DNA of 64,000 nt from Mobula birostris (Eukaryota): NCBI RefSeq assembly GCF_030028105.1, contig NC_092383.1, forward strand, positions 90,663,921 through 90,727,920, written 5' to 3'. Below the pieces are notes generated by a model, which was not told the origin of the DNA, made no database searches, and worked only from the letters and a program-made list of their open reading frames with translations. This document shows positions 35,909 through 49,003 of the stretch, one piece after another (positions within the stretch are counted from its first letter, which is position 1; the number at the start of each line of letters is the position of its first letter). The position numbers and the translations under genes are program-made.

Positions 35909-38900
35909 AGAGGGAAGGGGCAGAGGCCCTGTAAAGAAGGTGGGGGGAGGGTGGGAAGGAGAAGGCTGGTACTCCAGATGTGGCCTAACTAGAGCTTTAA
36001 AAAGCCGTAACGTAACTTTGACTCTCGAACTCAGTGTCGTGACTAATAAGGACAAGCATGCCATATTTCCCTCCTAACCATTCTATCAACCTCTGTAGCC
36101 ACTTCCAGCGAGTTATGAACTTGGACTGCAATGTCCCACTGCTCATTAACATCTTTTCCATAACAGTGGACCGTCTCTTTACATTTTACCTACCCAGGTG
36201 CAACACTTCATATTTGGTTGGGTTAAACTCCATCTGCCATTTCTACCACCTATCTGCAACTGATCTATACTCTGCTGTATTCTTTGCCAGTCTTCTATGC
36301 TATCCACAACACCACCAATCGTTGTATCATCTGCAAACCTACTAACATACCATCTACATTTTCATACAGGTTTACATATATCATAAGCAGGAAGGAATCC
36401 CAGTACAGATCCCTACAGAACACCACTATTCACAGACCTCCATCTAGAATAAATCCCTTTGACAACCACCCTGTCTTCTATAGGCAAGCCAGTTCTGAAT
36501 CCAAAGAGCCAATTCACCATCGATCCCATGCACCTTAATCTTTCAGATGAGAAACAGAGAGATTGTTATTCCAGATCAGATACAGCATAAAAAGAAAGAC
36601 ACAATAAGGATAAAAAAAATATATAAATATAAAAGCAATCCTATAAAACATAACGTACAGTAACTGTTTTGTGGCCATATATACATAGATTAGCTTATAT
36701 GGACTGAATGTATGTACATAAAGTGAGGCTTTAGGTTTATAAAGCTGCCAGGAGAGAGGCATCGGAGCCAATGTGCTCCACTGGGGCAGCGTGGCGCCTC
36801 ATCCAGAGTGGAATTGATGCTGCACCCCCCCAGTGTTCGTTTGGCAGAAGCAAAGCTCTGTTGTGGTCAACTGCAGATTTCTGTGGCATCGATGGCCTTG
36901 TCCATCGCGTGGCTGTATCTTACTGATACCTTAATATGCTTGCTATTTTGTACTTGCTATGTGTGCCTTGTGCTGTGTGTGACTGTTAGTACTGAGTTTT
37001 GTATCTTGGCCCCAGAGTAATGATGCCTCGTTTGGCTACATGAGTATTCATGTATGGCTGAATGACAATTAAAACTTGAACTGAATTGAAGAAATAGTAG
37101 GTTAGTGACTACGCCAGTGCAGGTATGAGATGTGGACTGTAAACATAAAGTGGCAGTGCATGGGGGGGTCAGGGGGATGAAGGGTGCTGAGGGGCTGAGG
37201 ACAGGAAGATGGATCTCATTAGAAGGAATGGTCGCAGGATGCACGAAGGGTTAAACCCTCTTTGTACTTTCAACCCCATAGAGGTCACATTCAATCCAGC
37301 CACCGCTTCTAACAAAGACGCAGTAAATTGCCCACCATTGCACACACAGAATCTGAGTCTTCGCGTAGCGGGGCACTGTCATCAGATATTTATTGACCCA
37401 CTTAGTCTCCTTTGAAGGCATATGTTCAAGCTGGCTTCAGGTTCCATTAGAAATGATCACCGCTGGTACCTCGACCAGATGGTCATTCTTTGTATGCGCA
37501 TTTCAACATTCTATCAGCTCTCCAGTTATATCACACCAAGTGACGCAGTGTCCCACTGCACATTTTCCATTGAATAAGTCAAAAACATCAGGATAATTCC
37601 CCCGTTCTGCTCAGGAACTCTGGCCAAATGCTGACATTTCTCCCTACTATGATTTCTGGCTGAACTTCACTTGTATTGAAGGGTGAGAGGATGCAGTGAA
37701 CTGGAAACTTAGATAAGACAAAAATACACAACAGGAGAATTCTTCTGCAGAATACTTCAGTAAACATATATTTAAGATGTGACTAAGTATTGGTGAATCA
37801 GACTTCAAAGGACAAAGAGCAAAATGTCCAAACAGGAAGAGAATTCTACCACCTAGAGGGAAGATCAAAGCCTTGCTTTAACAAGTCACCTCCTAGGACA
37901 TGCAATAGTGAGCAGTGTGTAGCTTCACATATGGCACACACATGTATACTATTTCAGGACAGGAGCAGGCATATTCTCTCTCTCCAGGATGGGGACATTT
38001 GAGGCAATTTCAGTGACCCTAGTTGGAACACTGAAACAGGAGTTACACAAGCCTTCCCGTCATTCAGCTGGATGCAATGAGGTTGCAGCTGATTTATTTA
38101 TGATAATTATCTATCCATCTTGGATATGCATAAAAGCAGTCACTCGCAGTTTTATTTTATCCTGACACAGTATAGAACAGGCCCTTCCGACCTTACGAGC
38201 TGCACTGCCCAGCAATCCCCTGATTTAATGGTAGCCCAACCACAGGACAAGTTACAATGACCAATTAACCTACCAACTGGTACATGTTTGGACTGTGGGA
38301 GGAAACCAGAGTACCTGGACGAAACCCACGCAGTCACGGGGAGAAACGTACCAGCTCCTAACAGACAGCGGTGGGAATTGAACCCAGGTTGCTGGTACTA
38401 TAAAGTGTTGTGCTAACCACTACCACTACACTACCTTCCTGTCTCCACTTATTGAGAAAGAAAGTGCCAGATTTTGTGTGTGAAGAAACTAACTATAAAT
38501 GGCGGGTTCTAATTTTACTGTTTGGGCACCACATTCTACAATCCTCTTATCAGAGGGGACAGCTCCTCTCTATCTCACCATTATATCTCTTAATCATCTT
38601 AAGCACTTAAATTAGGTCATCTCTTAATCCTATATAGTAAAGAGAATTCAGGCCTGTCTATGCAACATGCTCCTAATTTAATCCTTAAAGTGTTGGAATC
38701 TGCAATGCATCCATTCTGACAGTAAGATTACCCATTCCAAAATACAATACCCCCCAAATGAACACCATTCTCAACACTGTATGTAAAGGCTAATGAAAGC
38801 TTTGTAATCCTGTTACACAACTGATATCCTATTGTATTTAACTCCCTGAAATAAAGAGTCCATTAGCTTTTTAAATAACTCTTAACATTGCAACAAGCAA

Positions 38901-40756
38901 TTGCTATCACCGTACAAAAGTGTGTTAAATTTACACAATAATATGAATTTTGAGTATTCCAACTGGTTGCATGCATCACAGGTTGAAACACTTAAGCCCA
39001 GGAATAGAAAGGACTGTGGATACAGCCCATCACAAGCTCTCCACCCCTGAGCACCTTTACATGGAGCACTGCCACAAGAAAGCAGAACCCATCATCAAGG
39101 ACCCCACCATCCAGGCCATGCTCTCTTCTGGTTACTACCATTAGGCAGGAAGCCTTAGGTTCCATACCTCCAGGTTCAAGAACAGTTATTACCTTGCTAC
39201 AGGGATTCCCAATCTGCGGTCCATGAACTCCTTGTTTAATGTATTGGTCCATGGCATAAAAAAGGGTGTGAACCTCTGCCTTACAATCAAGTTCCTGAAC
39301 TGGTGTGAAAAAACTTCACTCACCTCAACTCTCAGATTTCACAACCTACAGACTCATTTTCAAGGACTCTACTCATGTTCTCAGTATTATTTATTTTTCA
39401 TTTACATAGTATGTCTTTTTTGCACATTGGTTGTTTGTCAGCCTTTATGTACAGTTTTTAAAATAAATGTCTTTTTTTTCCTGTATACGTTTGCAAGAAA
39501 ATGAATCTCATTTGGTGATACATTTGCACTTTGATAATAAATTTACTTTGAACTTTGATACATAAATTCAAATAAAGTTCCAGGATCTGTAACATGATTC
39601 TCATCACCAACATCAGAAGGTATATTCAAAATTCAAAGTAAGTTTACTATCAAAGTACTCGAATGTTAGCTTATACTACCCTGAGATTCACTTTCTTGTG
39701 GGCATTCACAGTAAATAAAAAGAAACACAACAGAACCAATGAAAAACCACACGACAGAGATAGACGAACCAGTGTACAAAAAAAAATGTGCAAATATAAA
39801 AAGAAAGAAATAATAGTAATAAATAAGCAATAAATATCAAGAACACAAGTTGCAGTCCTTAAAAGTGAGTCCATAGTCAAAAGTGATTCCTACCATCAGG
39901 AGGAGGAGGTACACACTCAAGGAGCAGCTTCTTCCCCACTGCTATCGGATTTCTGAACGGTCCGTGAACACTCTCTCACTATTCCTCTATTTATTTGTTA
40001 TTGCGACTGGCAGTAATTTTGTATGCCTTGCGCTGTACTGCTGCTACGAGGCCACTCAGCTGATTCAGCCAGTGTGTGAGTTGGATGTTTTATAATCTAA
40101 GTGACCGAAACTTCACTGACTTTATAAATACTCCCAATTTGGTATCGCTGAACAGCTGCCATTGACCACATCATTTGCAGAATAGGGTGGAAAAGAAAAC
40201 ATATCCAAACCCTGGCCCAGCTCCCGGTCTCCTCTAGTTTGCTTGAGATCAGGGCGGCAAGGTCAAAATTATTCTTTTGTTTTATCCTTCAACTCTGTAA
40301 ACATCACACATTAACAGGAGACTAAAGAAACTTGGCATGACCCCTTTGATCCTCATGAACTTTTATCGATGCACCATAGAAAGCATCCTGTCTGGAAGTC
40401 TCACAGCTTGGTACAGCAACCTCTCAGCCCAGAGTTGTGGGCACAGCTCAGCACATCAGAGAATCCAGCCTCCCCTACATGGACTCTATCTTCACCTCGC
40501 TTCTTCGGTAAAGCAGCCACTATAATTAACCCTGGACATTCTCTTCTCCCCCAAATAGGGTTGAAACAATTTCAGCCTCAGCAAAATGACAGAATGGACT
40601 CAATGGGCTGAATGGCCTAATACTGCACCCACATCTTATCGTCATTTAGTTTTCACTTGAAACGCTAGCTCTATTGCTCTTTCCATAGATACAGCCAAAC
40701 TCGATAACTTCCAGCATCTTTTTTTATTCTACCCACTGCTATTCCTCGATAGTTAC

Positions 40757-40908
40757 CTGGGATGGTCACAGTCGGTCCTGCATGATAAGTTTCACAGTCC
40801 ACACAAAATGTGCCCTGCTTCACAGCACCCAGCATTTCCAACTTCTTCGTGAGCATCTCCACCGCTTGCTGGACGCTCTTCCCCTCAACTGCGGGGATCT
40901 GAGAAACA
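40757..40908 (-). CDS. med20: Mediator complex subunit 20, coding exon 2
   Basis: ttctCAG acceptor; (C)[50 protein letters not shown](G); CAG|GTAAC donor. 152 nt. Confidence 0.96.
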
Positions 40909-43900
40909 CTGAGAAAGAGAATCAGCAAATTAGCAAAACCAAACCAGAGTCATGGATGTGGAGTTCAACTTCCTGAAGGGAACTGCCCTCACCCTTCACC
41001 TCCAATGTAAGAAGCTGCAGAGGGTCACACAGAACCACAGAAAACCTACAGCACAATACAGGCCCTTCGGCCCACAATGCTGTGCCAAACATGTATTTAC
41101 TTAGAAATTACCTAAGGTAACCCGTAGCCCTCTATTTTTCTAAGCTCGATGTACCTATCCAGGAGTCTCTTAAAAGACACTATCGTATCTGCCTCCACCA
41201 CTGTCGCCAGCAGCCCATTTCACGCACTCACCACTCTCTGCGTAAAAAACTTACCCGTGACATCAACTCTGTACCTACTTCCAAGCACCTTAAAACTGTG
41301 CCCTCTCGTGTTAGCCTTTTCAGCCCTGGGAAAAAGCCTCTGACTATCCACACGATCAATGCCTCTCATCATCTTATACACCTCTATCAGGTCACCTCTC
41401 ATCATCTTATACACAGGCTGAGGTTGTACTCAGCCAGCCCCATCATGAGCACAAACCTCCCCACCATCAACGCCATTTTTAAGAGAAGTCATCTCCGGAA
41501 GGTGGCATCCCTTATGAAGGGCCCTCACCACCCAGGACATGCCGTCTTATCATTCCTACCAACAGGGAGGTGGTATGGGAGACTGAAGACCGACACTCAA
41601 CATTTCAGGAACAGCTTCTTCCCTTCCGCCATCAGATTTCTAAATAGTCCATGAACCTATTATTCCTTTGTTATGCAGTATCTATTTTTTGTGACTTACA
41701 GTAATTTAATGTCTTTGGCTCTATTGCTTCCGCAAATAAACAAATTACAGGTCCTGTAAGACAGTGATGATAAATCTGATGCCAGTGTTGATTCTGGGTG
41801 GGATGGGCTTTGGATGTTTGTAGGTGACATTGAGTGTTGAAGAACCCTCGCACAATGTGACAGTCAGCAAGTTGTACACATTCTACTCACCACCTCCTCT
41901 TCAGCTCACAGGTTCTCTGCCAGACCCTCGACTTCAGCAAGAAAGCTGCTATCCCTCCTCTTTCTTGAGACAGGGTGGAATGTATTGAGTTTGTGGTCAA
42001 TTAGCCCCTGGATTTCCCAGTTACCCCCATCAAACCAGTCAATTCTTCTCAGAGAAGCCAAGAGTCTTTTCACGTGTTTCTGGCCAATATGTGATTTGAG
42101 ATAACTGATATAGGTGATTTGTGGCTGACTTCTGAAAGGGGCTAGTTCATTGATTATTGCCTGGTCTTGTATCATACCATTCAGCTCCTCTTGTTTACCT
42201 TACCATACCATATGTCTTCCCCTAAACTCACCTTTACACTTCACTGCCTCATTCTTTATAAACTTAAAGGGTGGGGCGGTAACATAGTAGTTAGCACAAC
42301 AGTTTACAGTACCAGTGACCCAGATTAAATTCCCACCACTGCTTGTAAGTTCTTCCCATGACAGCTTCCGTTTCCTCCCACATTCCAAAGACGTACTGGT
42401 TGGTAAGATAATTGGTCGCTGTAAATTGTCCCTTGATTAGGTTTGGATTAAATTGGGGGGTTGCTGGTCGGCACAGCTCAAAAGGCCAGAAGGGCCTGTT
42501 CCACACTCTATGTCAATACAAAATGTCAAACCAGTATCCAAAGTCATTCATCTATCATCGTCAATTATGAACTCTAACCTCATGATTTTACAGCTTCAGA
42601 AGTTAGATATTTGAATTTTACAGGCACACAAAGACTGAGAAGTGACCATTGTACAAAAGACAAACTTCCAATACAAACATAAGTAAATGATAGCAAGAAC
42701 ACAAGATGTAGAGATCTTGAAAGTGAGTCCATAGGTTGTGTTCAGAGTTGAGGTGAGTGAAGTTATCTGCCTGATAACTGTTCCTTAAGGCTCCTGTACC
42801 TCCAGCCCGATGGCAGCATCGAGAAAGGAGCATGGCCTGGGTGGCAGGTCCAACTAAGATCAATCTAACCACAATCCTCCCACACAGCCCTCCAATTTTC
42901 TATCACTCATGTACCTATCTAAAGGTTTCTTAAATGTCCCAATTTATCTGCCTCATTGTGGGATTCTTTGATAAACAGTGATATAATCTGCAATAAAGTA
43001 CTTTACATCTCTGCAACCTGTTAGCTAACAACCTTCCATGGTTTTAACTCTTTATGCTAACTACAGTAACTTGTGAAGGTCTTCAGCACCTACCTATAGC
43101 TAGTGTGCCTAAGACGTTTGCACAGTACTGTATATTAGTTAAAACAGGAGAGTAGTTGGGAAACAAAAATAAGAGGACTTAGCTTTGTATTACTCTATAG
43201 TATTAAGTGTTCTTTGGTAATTTTAATGTGCAAATCTTAGGCACCCTAGTTATATATGTGTGTGCCTAAAACTTCTGCATAACTTCAATTCAGTTGTAAC
43301 TAGTACAAAGTACATATATGCCACCATATACAATGCTGACATTAATTTTCTTGCATGCATTCACAGCACAACAAAGAAATACAATAGAACCAATGAAAAA
43401 CTACTCACAAAGACTGACAAGCAACCAAAAGAATAATAATAAATAAATAATATTGAGTACATGAGATGTAGAATCCTCCAAAGTGTGTTCAGTTCAGAGT
43501 TGGGTGAGTGAAGTTATACCTTCTGGTCCAGGAGCCTGATGGTTCCTGAACCTGGTGGTGTGGGACCTGAGGATCCTGCACCCCCTGCCTGATGCAGTAG
43601 TAAGAGAGCACAGTCTGGATGGTGGATCCAGCTATAATAAATCAAATCTAACTCTTCCCTGCAACATAGCCCTCCATCTTACAGCATGTGCCTATATCGG
43701 TCTCTTAATTGTCCCCAATTTATCTGCCTCGATGTGGGAGTGGGCTCAAGTTTCCTCCCACATTGCCAAGACGTTCAGGTTAGTAGGTTAATTGGGAGGC
43801 GCGGGCCTGTTACCATGCTGCATTTTAAAATAAAATCATTCTCCTCCCAACCAATTCCAGGACTCGAGCTGAGTCCTGCCGGTGACTGTCCCTTATCGTC

Positions 43901-43919
43901 AAATCGAGTGCCTCCTCAC

Positions 43920-43933
43920 CAGGTGACCCCCAT
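43920..43933 (-). CDS. med20: Mediator complex subunit 20, coding exon 1 (MGVT-C)
   Basis: ATG GGG GTC ACC TG|GTGAG inside a CpG island. Matches the human N-terminus MGVTC. Total CDS is 14+152+254+216=636 nt, giving 211 aa. Confidence 0.93.
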
Positions 43934-44017
43934 CCTGCGTCGCCGACCTCCGCTCAGATCCGGACCACCTCACACCCGGACCGGGCGCCCTCCTTCCGTC
44001 CGAGGCCGCCGAACCTG

Positions 44018-44270
44018 CCGCCGTGAGGCCAGGCCGGGCCGTGTCCGTTTCGGTCACAGCGCCCCCTCCAACTGGGAGGAGTAACTGCTTCTCCAGCCAA
44101 ACCCGCCGCCGCCAGACCTGGCCGTGTGTGTATTGGTCATAGCGCCCCCTGCAGATGGGAGGACCAACTGCTTCTTCAGTCAAACCCGCCGTGAGGCCAG
44201 ACCAAAATCTCTATCGGTTACCGCGCCGCCACGGGCCAGGAGGACTAACCACTTCTTCAACCAAACCCGC
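44018..44270. repeat. three-copy ~82 bp tandem repeat in the med20 promoter/CpG island with CTCF-like motifs
   Basis: AAACCCGC recurs at 44099, 44182 and 44263. GCGCCCCCT occurs at 44059 and 44142, with a diverged GCGCCGCCA at 44223 (spacings 83 and 81). Confidence 0.8.
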
Positions 44271-45049
44271 TGCAGCCTCCAGCTGCAGTGTCCCTACGGG
44301 CGCGGAGCACCACGCGTTTCTCCATTCAAGTTAGTCGTCCGGTAATTCGAGATACAAGGATGCAGTTGGCTTGAAATATAACATTAAACATTTACACGTT
44401 AGTCCTTAACATCTATGACAAGGGAAACTATCCTGCCATCCAGGCTACGCTCTCTTCTCGCTGCTACCATTGGGCAGGAGGTACAAGAGCCTTGGGTCCC
44501 ACACCATCAGGTTCAGGAAACTTCACCTATCGGACTCCTGATGGCATGGATAACTCTAGTTGCTTCAGCACTGAACTGATTCCACAACCTATAGACTCAC
44601 TTTCAAGGACTCTACAACTCATATTCTCCCGACTATTAACCTATTACCTTTTTTTTTGTATTTGCTCAGTCTGTCTTGTTTTGCACATTGGATGTTTGTC
44701 AACCTGTGTGAGTAGTTTTTCATTCTATTGTATTTCTTAGTTCTACTGTGAATGCCTGCAAGAAAATGAATCTCAGGGTAGTATATGGTCTCGTACGTGT
44801 AGGATTTTGTGAATAAAAGCTGCGAGAGTCATTTTATATACTTAGCAAAAACCACAGCCCCCTTCTTCCATTACAAACAAGCCAAAAACAGTTGTCTTAC
44901 ACTGACGTCATTACATCAGGCAGTGTCTCTTAAAGTGAACACAACAACTCAATAATGGTGTTTGTGAAATATATAGAAGAGTTTCTGTTATGAAAAATAT
45001 ATGTCATCTGTTGCCCATTACATATGTGCTTTGATAATAAATTTACTCC

Positions 45050-46560
45050 AAACTTTGTTAAAGCGTCAGGAAGGTGGGCTGGGGTCAGATGTCTGGGAAA
45101 TGGAGGAGATGTGGATGAGGGCAGCATCGTTGGCAGAGGGAGGGAAAACCCCATTCTCTGAAAGAGGGACATGTCAGATGTTTGGAATGGAAAGCTTCGT
45201 TCTGGAAACAGATGTGGCGAAAATGAAGGGGATGAGGAAAGGGAATAGGATTTTTTACGAGTGGCTGGGAAGGAAGAGGGATCGTCGTGATAGCTGAGAA
45301 AGTCAGCGGATTCATAAAAGATTTCAGGAGACAGTCTTTCTTGAATTGAATTGATTTTATTACTTACATCCTTCATATACATGAGGAGTAAAAATCTTCA
45401 CGTCATGACTCCATCTGAATGTGCAATGTGCAATTTATGGTAATTTGTAATAAATGGTATATACAATAGGACAGTCAATATAACATAGAAATACAGTTGC
45501 GTCTGTATGAGTTAATCAGTCTGATGGCCTGGTGGAGTAACCTGTCCCAGAGCCTGTTGGTCCTGGCTTTTATGCTGTGATACCACTTCCTGGATGGTAG
45601 CAGCTGGAACAGTTTGTGGTTGGGGTGACTCAGGTCTCCAGTGATCCTTCGGGCCCTTTTTACACACCTGTCTCTGTAAATGTTCTGAATAGTGTGAAGT
45701 TCACATCTACAGTTACATTGGGCTGCCCGCACCACTCTCTGCAGAGACCTGCGATTGGGGGAAGTACAGTTCCCATACCAGGCAGTGATGCAGCCAGTCA
45801 GATGCTCTCAATTGTGCCCCTGTAGAAAGTTCTTAAATTTGGGGGGCCCACACCAAACTTCTTCAACCATCTGAGGTGAAAGAGGCATTGATGTGCCTTT
45901 TTCACCACAGAAAGGGGAGAGAAGTGTCTGGGAAGGACCAAGTAAATTTGAGGGCAGAGTGGAAGACTGAGGCAAAGTTGATGAAAATAACAAATTTGGC
46001 ATGTGTACATGAAGCAGCATTAATGTAATTGTCAATATAGCAGAGGAAAATTTGGGAAGTGTTACCAGGGTAGGCTTGGAACATAGGCTGTTCCACATAG
46101 CCAATGAAATGGCAGGCACAGCTAGGGCCTATGTGAGTTCCCACAAGGCTGGAGAAAGTGGGTGAAACTAAAAGAGGAATTGTTGAGGGTGAGGAAGAGT
46201 TCCACCAGATGGAGGAAGGTGGTGGTGGAGGGGAACTGGTTCGAAAGTGGTGAGATTTTAAGATCTTCCTGATGGGGGTACAAGTGTATAGGGACGGGAC
46301 ATCCACTATGAAAATAAGGTGACCAGGAATTGAAAGTGATTGAAGAAATCGAGAGCATGGATGTAGGTGGGAAGGGACTGAGCATGGAATTAAGATGGAA
46401 TGAGCACTCAGCAGGTCAGGCAGAATTTGTGGAAGTTAACATTTAACATTTTGGGTTCTGGAGCTTTTGCAAAAGAAGAAAAACAAGTTAGAGACACAAG
46501 AGACAGCTGATGCTGGAATCTAGAACAACAAACACACTGCTGGAGGAACAGCATTTGTGG
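45050..46560 (-). mobile_element. Penelope-like retroelement, degenerate RT, interrupted by a Rex1 insertion
   Basis: Minus-strand frames give MDVPSLYT, HLVELFLTLNNSSF, GPSCACHFIGYVEQ, FLCYIDNY, FHSALKFTW...SLPFL (45907-46385), continuing as KNPIPF..LHFRHIC...GFPS (45050-45340). These are Penelope RT and thumb motifs. Terminal-type repeat at about 46407-46560. Confidence 0.75.
45341..45906 (-). mobile_element. Rex1/Babar 3' fragment with (ATTGA)n tail
   Basis: KKAHQCLFHLRWLKKFG...FYRGTIESI...RARRITGDLSHPNHKLFQLLPS...HQAIRLIN. Highly similar to the copy at 49004-49614. Confidence 0.85.
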
Positions 46561-47039
46561 TGGGAATGGAATCCTAAAGATATGCTCTCTTCTCATTGCA
46601 GCCATTGGGCAGGAGGTACAGGAAACTTTTGGCCCACACTATCAGGTATTAGCCCTCAACCATCAGCCTCTTGAACTAACAATGAACGCACCTATGGACT
46701 CACTTTCAAGGACTCTACAACTCTACAAAATAATATTCAAAATGTTTATTATTTATTTATTAATTTCTTATTATGTTTTCTTTTTTATTTGCACAGTTTG
46801 TCTTCTACACGGTTGTTCTACCGTCTTTGCTTGTGAGGTGTGTAGTTTTCACTGATTTGTTTATATCTACTGCGAATGCCTGTAAGAAAATGAATCTCAG
46901 GCTAGTACATCGTGACATATACGTATTTTGATAATAAATCTATTTTGAACTTCGATCCACTGATTGCTCTTCATCTCAGTGCGGTGAAGATGTAGAACAG
47001 AAAGCGGTGTAAATGCTTGGCAATTCGGAGAGCATTTGC

Positions 47040-47242
47040 GGAGACAAGAAATACATCGGAAGTGCGAGTCGTAGTTGCACGGCCAGCGGATACATTTGGC
47101 ACATGCGCGGACCCCGGATCACGTGAATGGCTCGCCGCCGTGGCGTCACCGAGCCGATACGTTCCGCGCAGGCGCGATGTGGCAGTCCCACGTGGGCTGG
47201 TGAGCTGCCGGGTGCTCGGGTCCCCCGGCTGGGTTCACAGTG
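47040..47242 (+). promoter_or_regulatory. bysl: bysl CpG-island promoter/5' UTR with ETS, NRF1-like and MYC-type E-box motifs
   Basis: CGGAAGT 47057-47063, CACGTG 47120-47125, GCGCAGGCGC 47166-47175, palindromic CCCACGTGGG 47187-47196. Confidence 0.7.
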
Positions 47243-47519
47243 ATGCCGAAAGCCAAGCCGGGCAAGGGCGGCCAGGCCCCCCGGAGCCTGGGCCTGGCCG
47301 AGCAGATTCTGCAGGGAGACGCGGTGAAGCCGCTCGGCCGCCAGAAGGAGCGGCACCGCAGGCAGGAGGCCCGGGCCCGGGACGAGGAGGAGTATGTTGA
47401 CGCCCGGCTGAGCCGCAGGATCCTGGAGCAGGCCCGAGCGCAACAGGAGGAGTTGGAGGCCGAGCACGGCGGCGGCGGCGGCGACGACCCGGGCCGCACC
47501 ACAAAAACTACCGTGTTAG
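47243..47519 (+). CDS. bysl: bystin (Enp1 homologue), coding exon 1
   Basis: MPKAKPGKGGQAPRSLGLAEQILQGDAVK...EEEYVDARLSRRILEQARAQQEELEAEHG, matching the human BYSL N-terminus. TAG|GTGAGT donor; 277 nt. Confidence 0.95.
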
Positions 47520-48268
47520 GTGAGTGTTTTGAGTCCGGGGCGGAGGCGAGAGCGAGAAAGCACACACACAAAATGCTGAAGGAACGCGGCAGGTCAGGCA
47601 GCATCCGATGAAACGTCAACCATTTATTCACTTCTGTAGGTGCTGCCTGACCTACTGAGTTCCTCCAGCACCGTGTGTGTGTGTGTGTGTTAGTTCAAGA
47701 TTTCCAGCATCTGCAGAGTTGTGTCACTATGGGAAGGATGTCTTAAAACGAAGAGGGCGTTAAAACCGATTTATAAGGATGTTATCAGGGCTGAAGAGAT
47801 TGGGATATAAGGAGAGACCGGACTGTTTCCCTGGAGTGTAGGAGGATGAGAGCACCTCACAGAGATCTGTAAATTCGTGAAGGGAAAAGACATTTTCAAA
47901 GGATTGGGTGTCAACATCTGGACGGAACACACAAAATGCTGGAGGAACTCAGCAGGGTTAAAGAGACGACCCCCCCCCCTCCACCCCAAAGGGTATTGGC
48001 CCGAAAACGTCAACTGCACTTTTTTTCTATGGATGCTGCCTGGCCTGCTGAGTTCCTTCAGCATTCTGTGTGTGTTGTTCTGGGTTTCCGGTATCTACAG
48101 GTTTTCTCTTGTTTGCAACATCTGGATGGGATAGGCTTAAATTTGGGGAGGAAGGGATCCTGAGGAAAACACGGAGCGATGCATATATTGAATGAGCTGC
48201 CTGAAGAAGTGTTTGAGGCAGGTACATTGAGATATTTGGGGAGCTATACTAATGGGGGAGGTTTAGAG

Positions 48269-48331
48269 CAGGAGTTCCCAACCTTGCTTAATGGTATAGG
48301 TCTGTGGCATGTAAAGGTTTAGGAACCTCTG
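48269..48331. mobile_element. hAT (Charlie-like) MITE
   Basis: TIRs CAGGAGTTCCCAACC / GGTTTAGGAACCTCTG with an 8-bp TSD gtttagag/gtttagaa. Other copies at 39200-39278, about 53063-53230 and 56220-56301. Confidence 0.7.
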
Positions 48332-49003
48332 GTTTAGAATTATATGAGCCAAATGGGATCATTTTAGACAGGCTTCTTGGTTGTCATGGATGAGTTGGGC
48401 CAAAAGGCCTGTATCTACACTGACTGCAAGGGGCTTTGAGTTGGCACATTCCAGCTGGACTGTGGCCTCGAGCCCAAGGGTTAGCAGCGCAGGAAGCCCA
48501 ACACTAGCAGTGGAAAGGGTCTGACTGCCTCTCCAACTCCACACTCGATCCCAACTGCAGGCAAAGTCCGCAGGCCCCTCGTCAGCCTCACCTCCCCCCC
48601 AGAGCCCGGCCAGCAGAAACTCATCCGTGATCCCCGAGGGGCCCCCTCAGGAAGAAAGTTCCATTTTGACAAGCTGGCAGTTTAGTCTGTGACAGCGTTC
48701 CCATCTCCATTGGAGAGTGTCATAGAGTCCAGAAAAAAGCCCTCCAGCCCATCTAATCCTGTTTATTTGCTGCCTGGTCCCAACTAATTGTCAGGTCAGC
48801 TTTTTTTGAACTACGCTCCTAAACTATGGAGCTCAAAACCTGTGAGGAATGCAGACTCAGTTGGCAACTTTAAAGGCCAGCTCAAAACCATTTATTTAAC
48901 TTTGCTTTTACCTAACATAATTTTGTCTTTTATCTTCATGTTTGCACTGTAAAGCACTTTGAGCAGCATCATCTTTACAAAAGTGCTTTGTAAGTTGTTA
49001 TAT

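Noticed and set aside
47200-47240. GTGAGC...CACAG micro-intron in the bysl 5' UTR
   Set aside because: Only 41 nt with no polypyrimidine tract, below the usual vertebrate intron size.
46976-47631. Antisense ORFs of 163 and 161 aa over bysl exon 1
   Set aside because: Shadow ORFs expected in GC-rich coding sequence; no recognisable protein.
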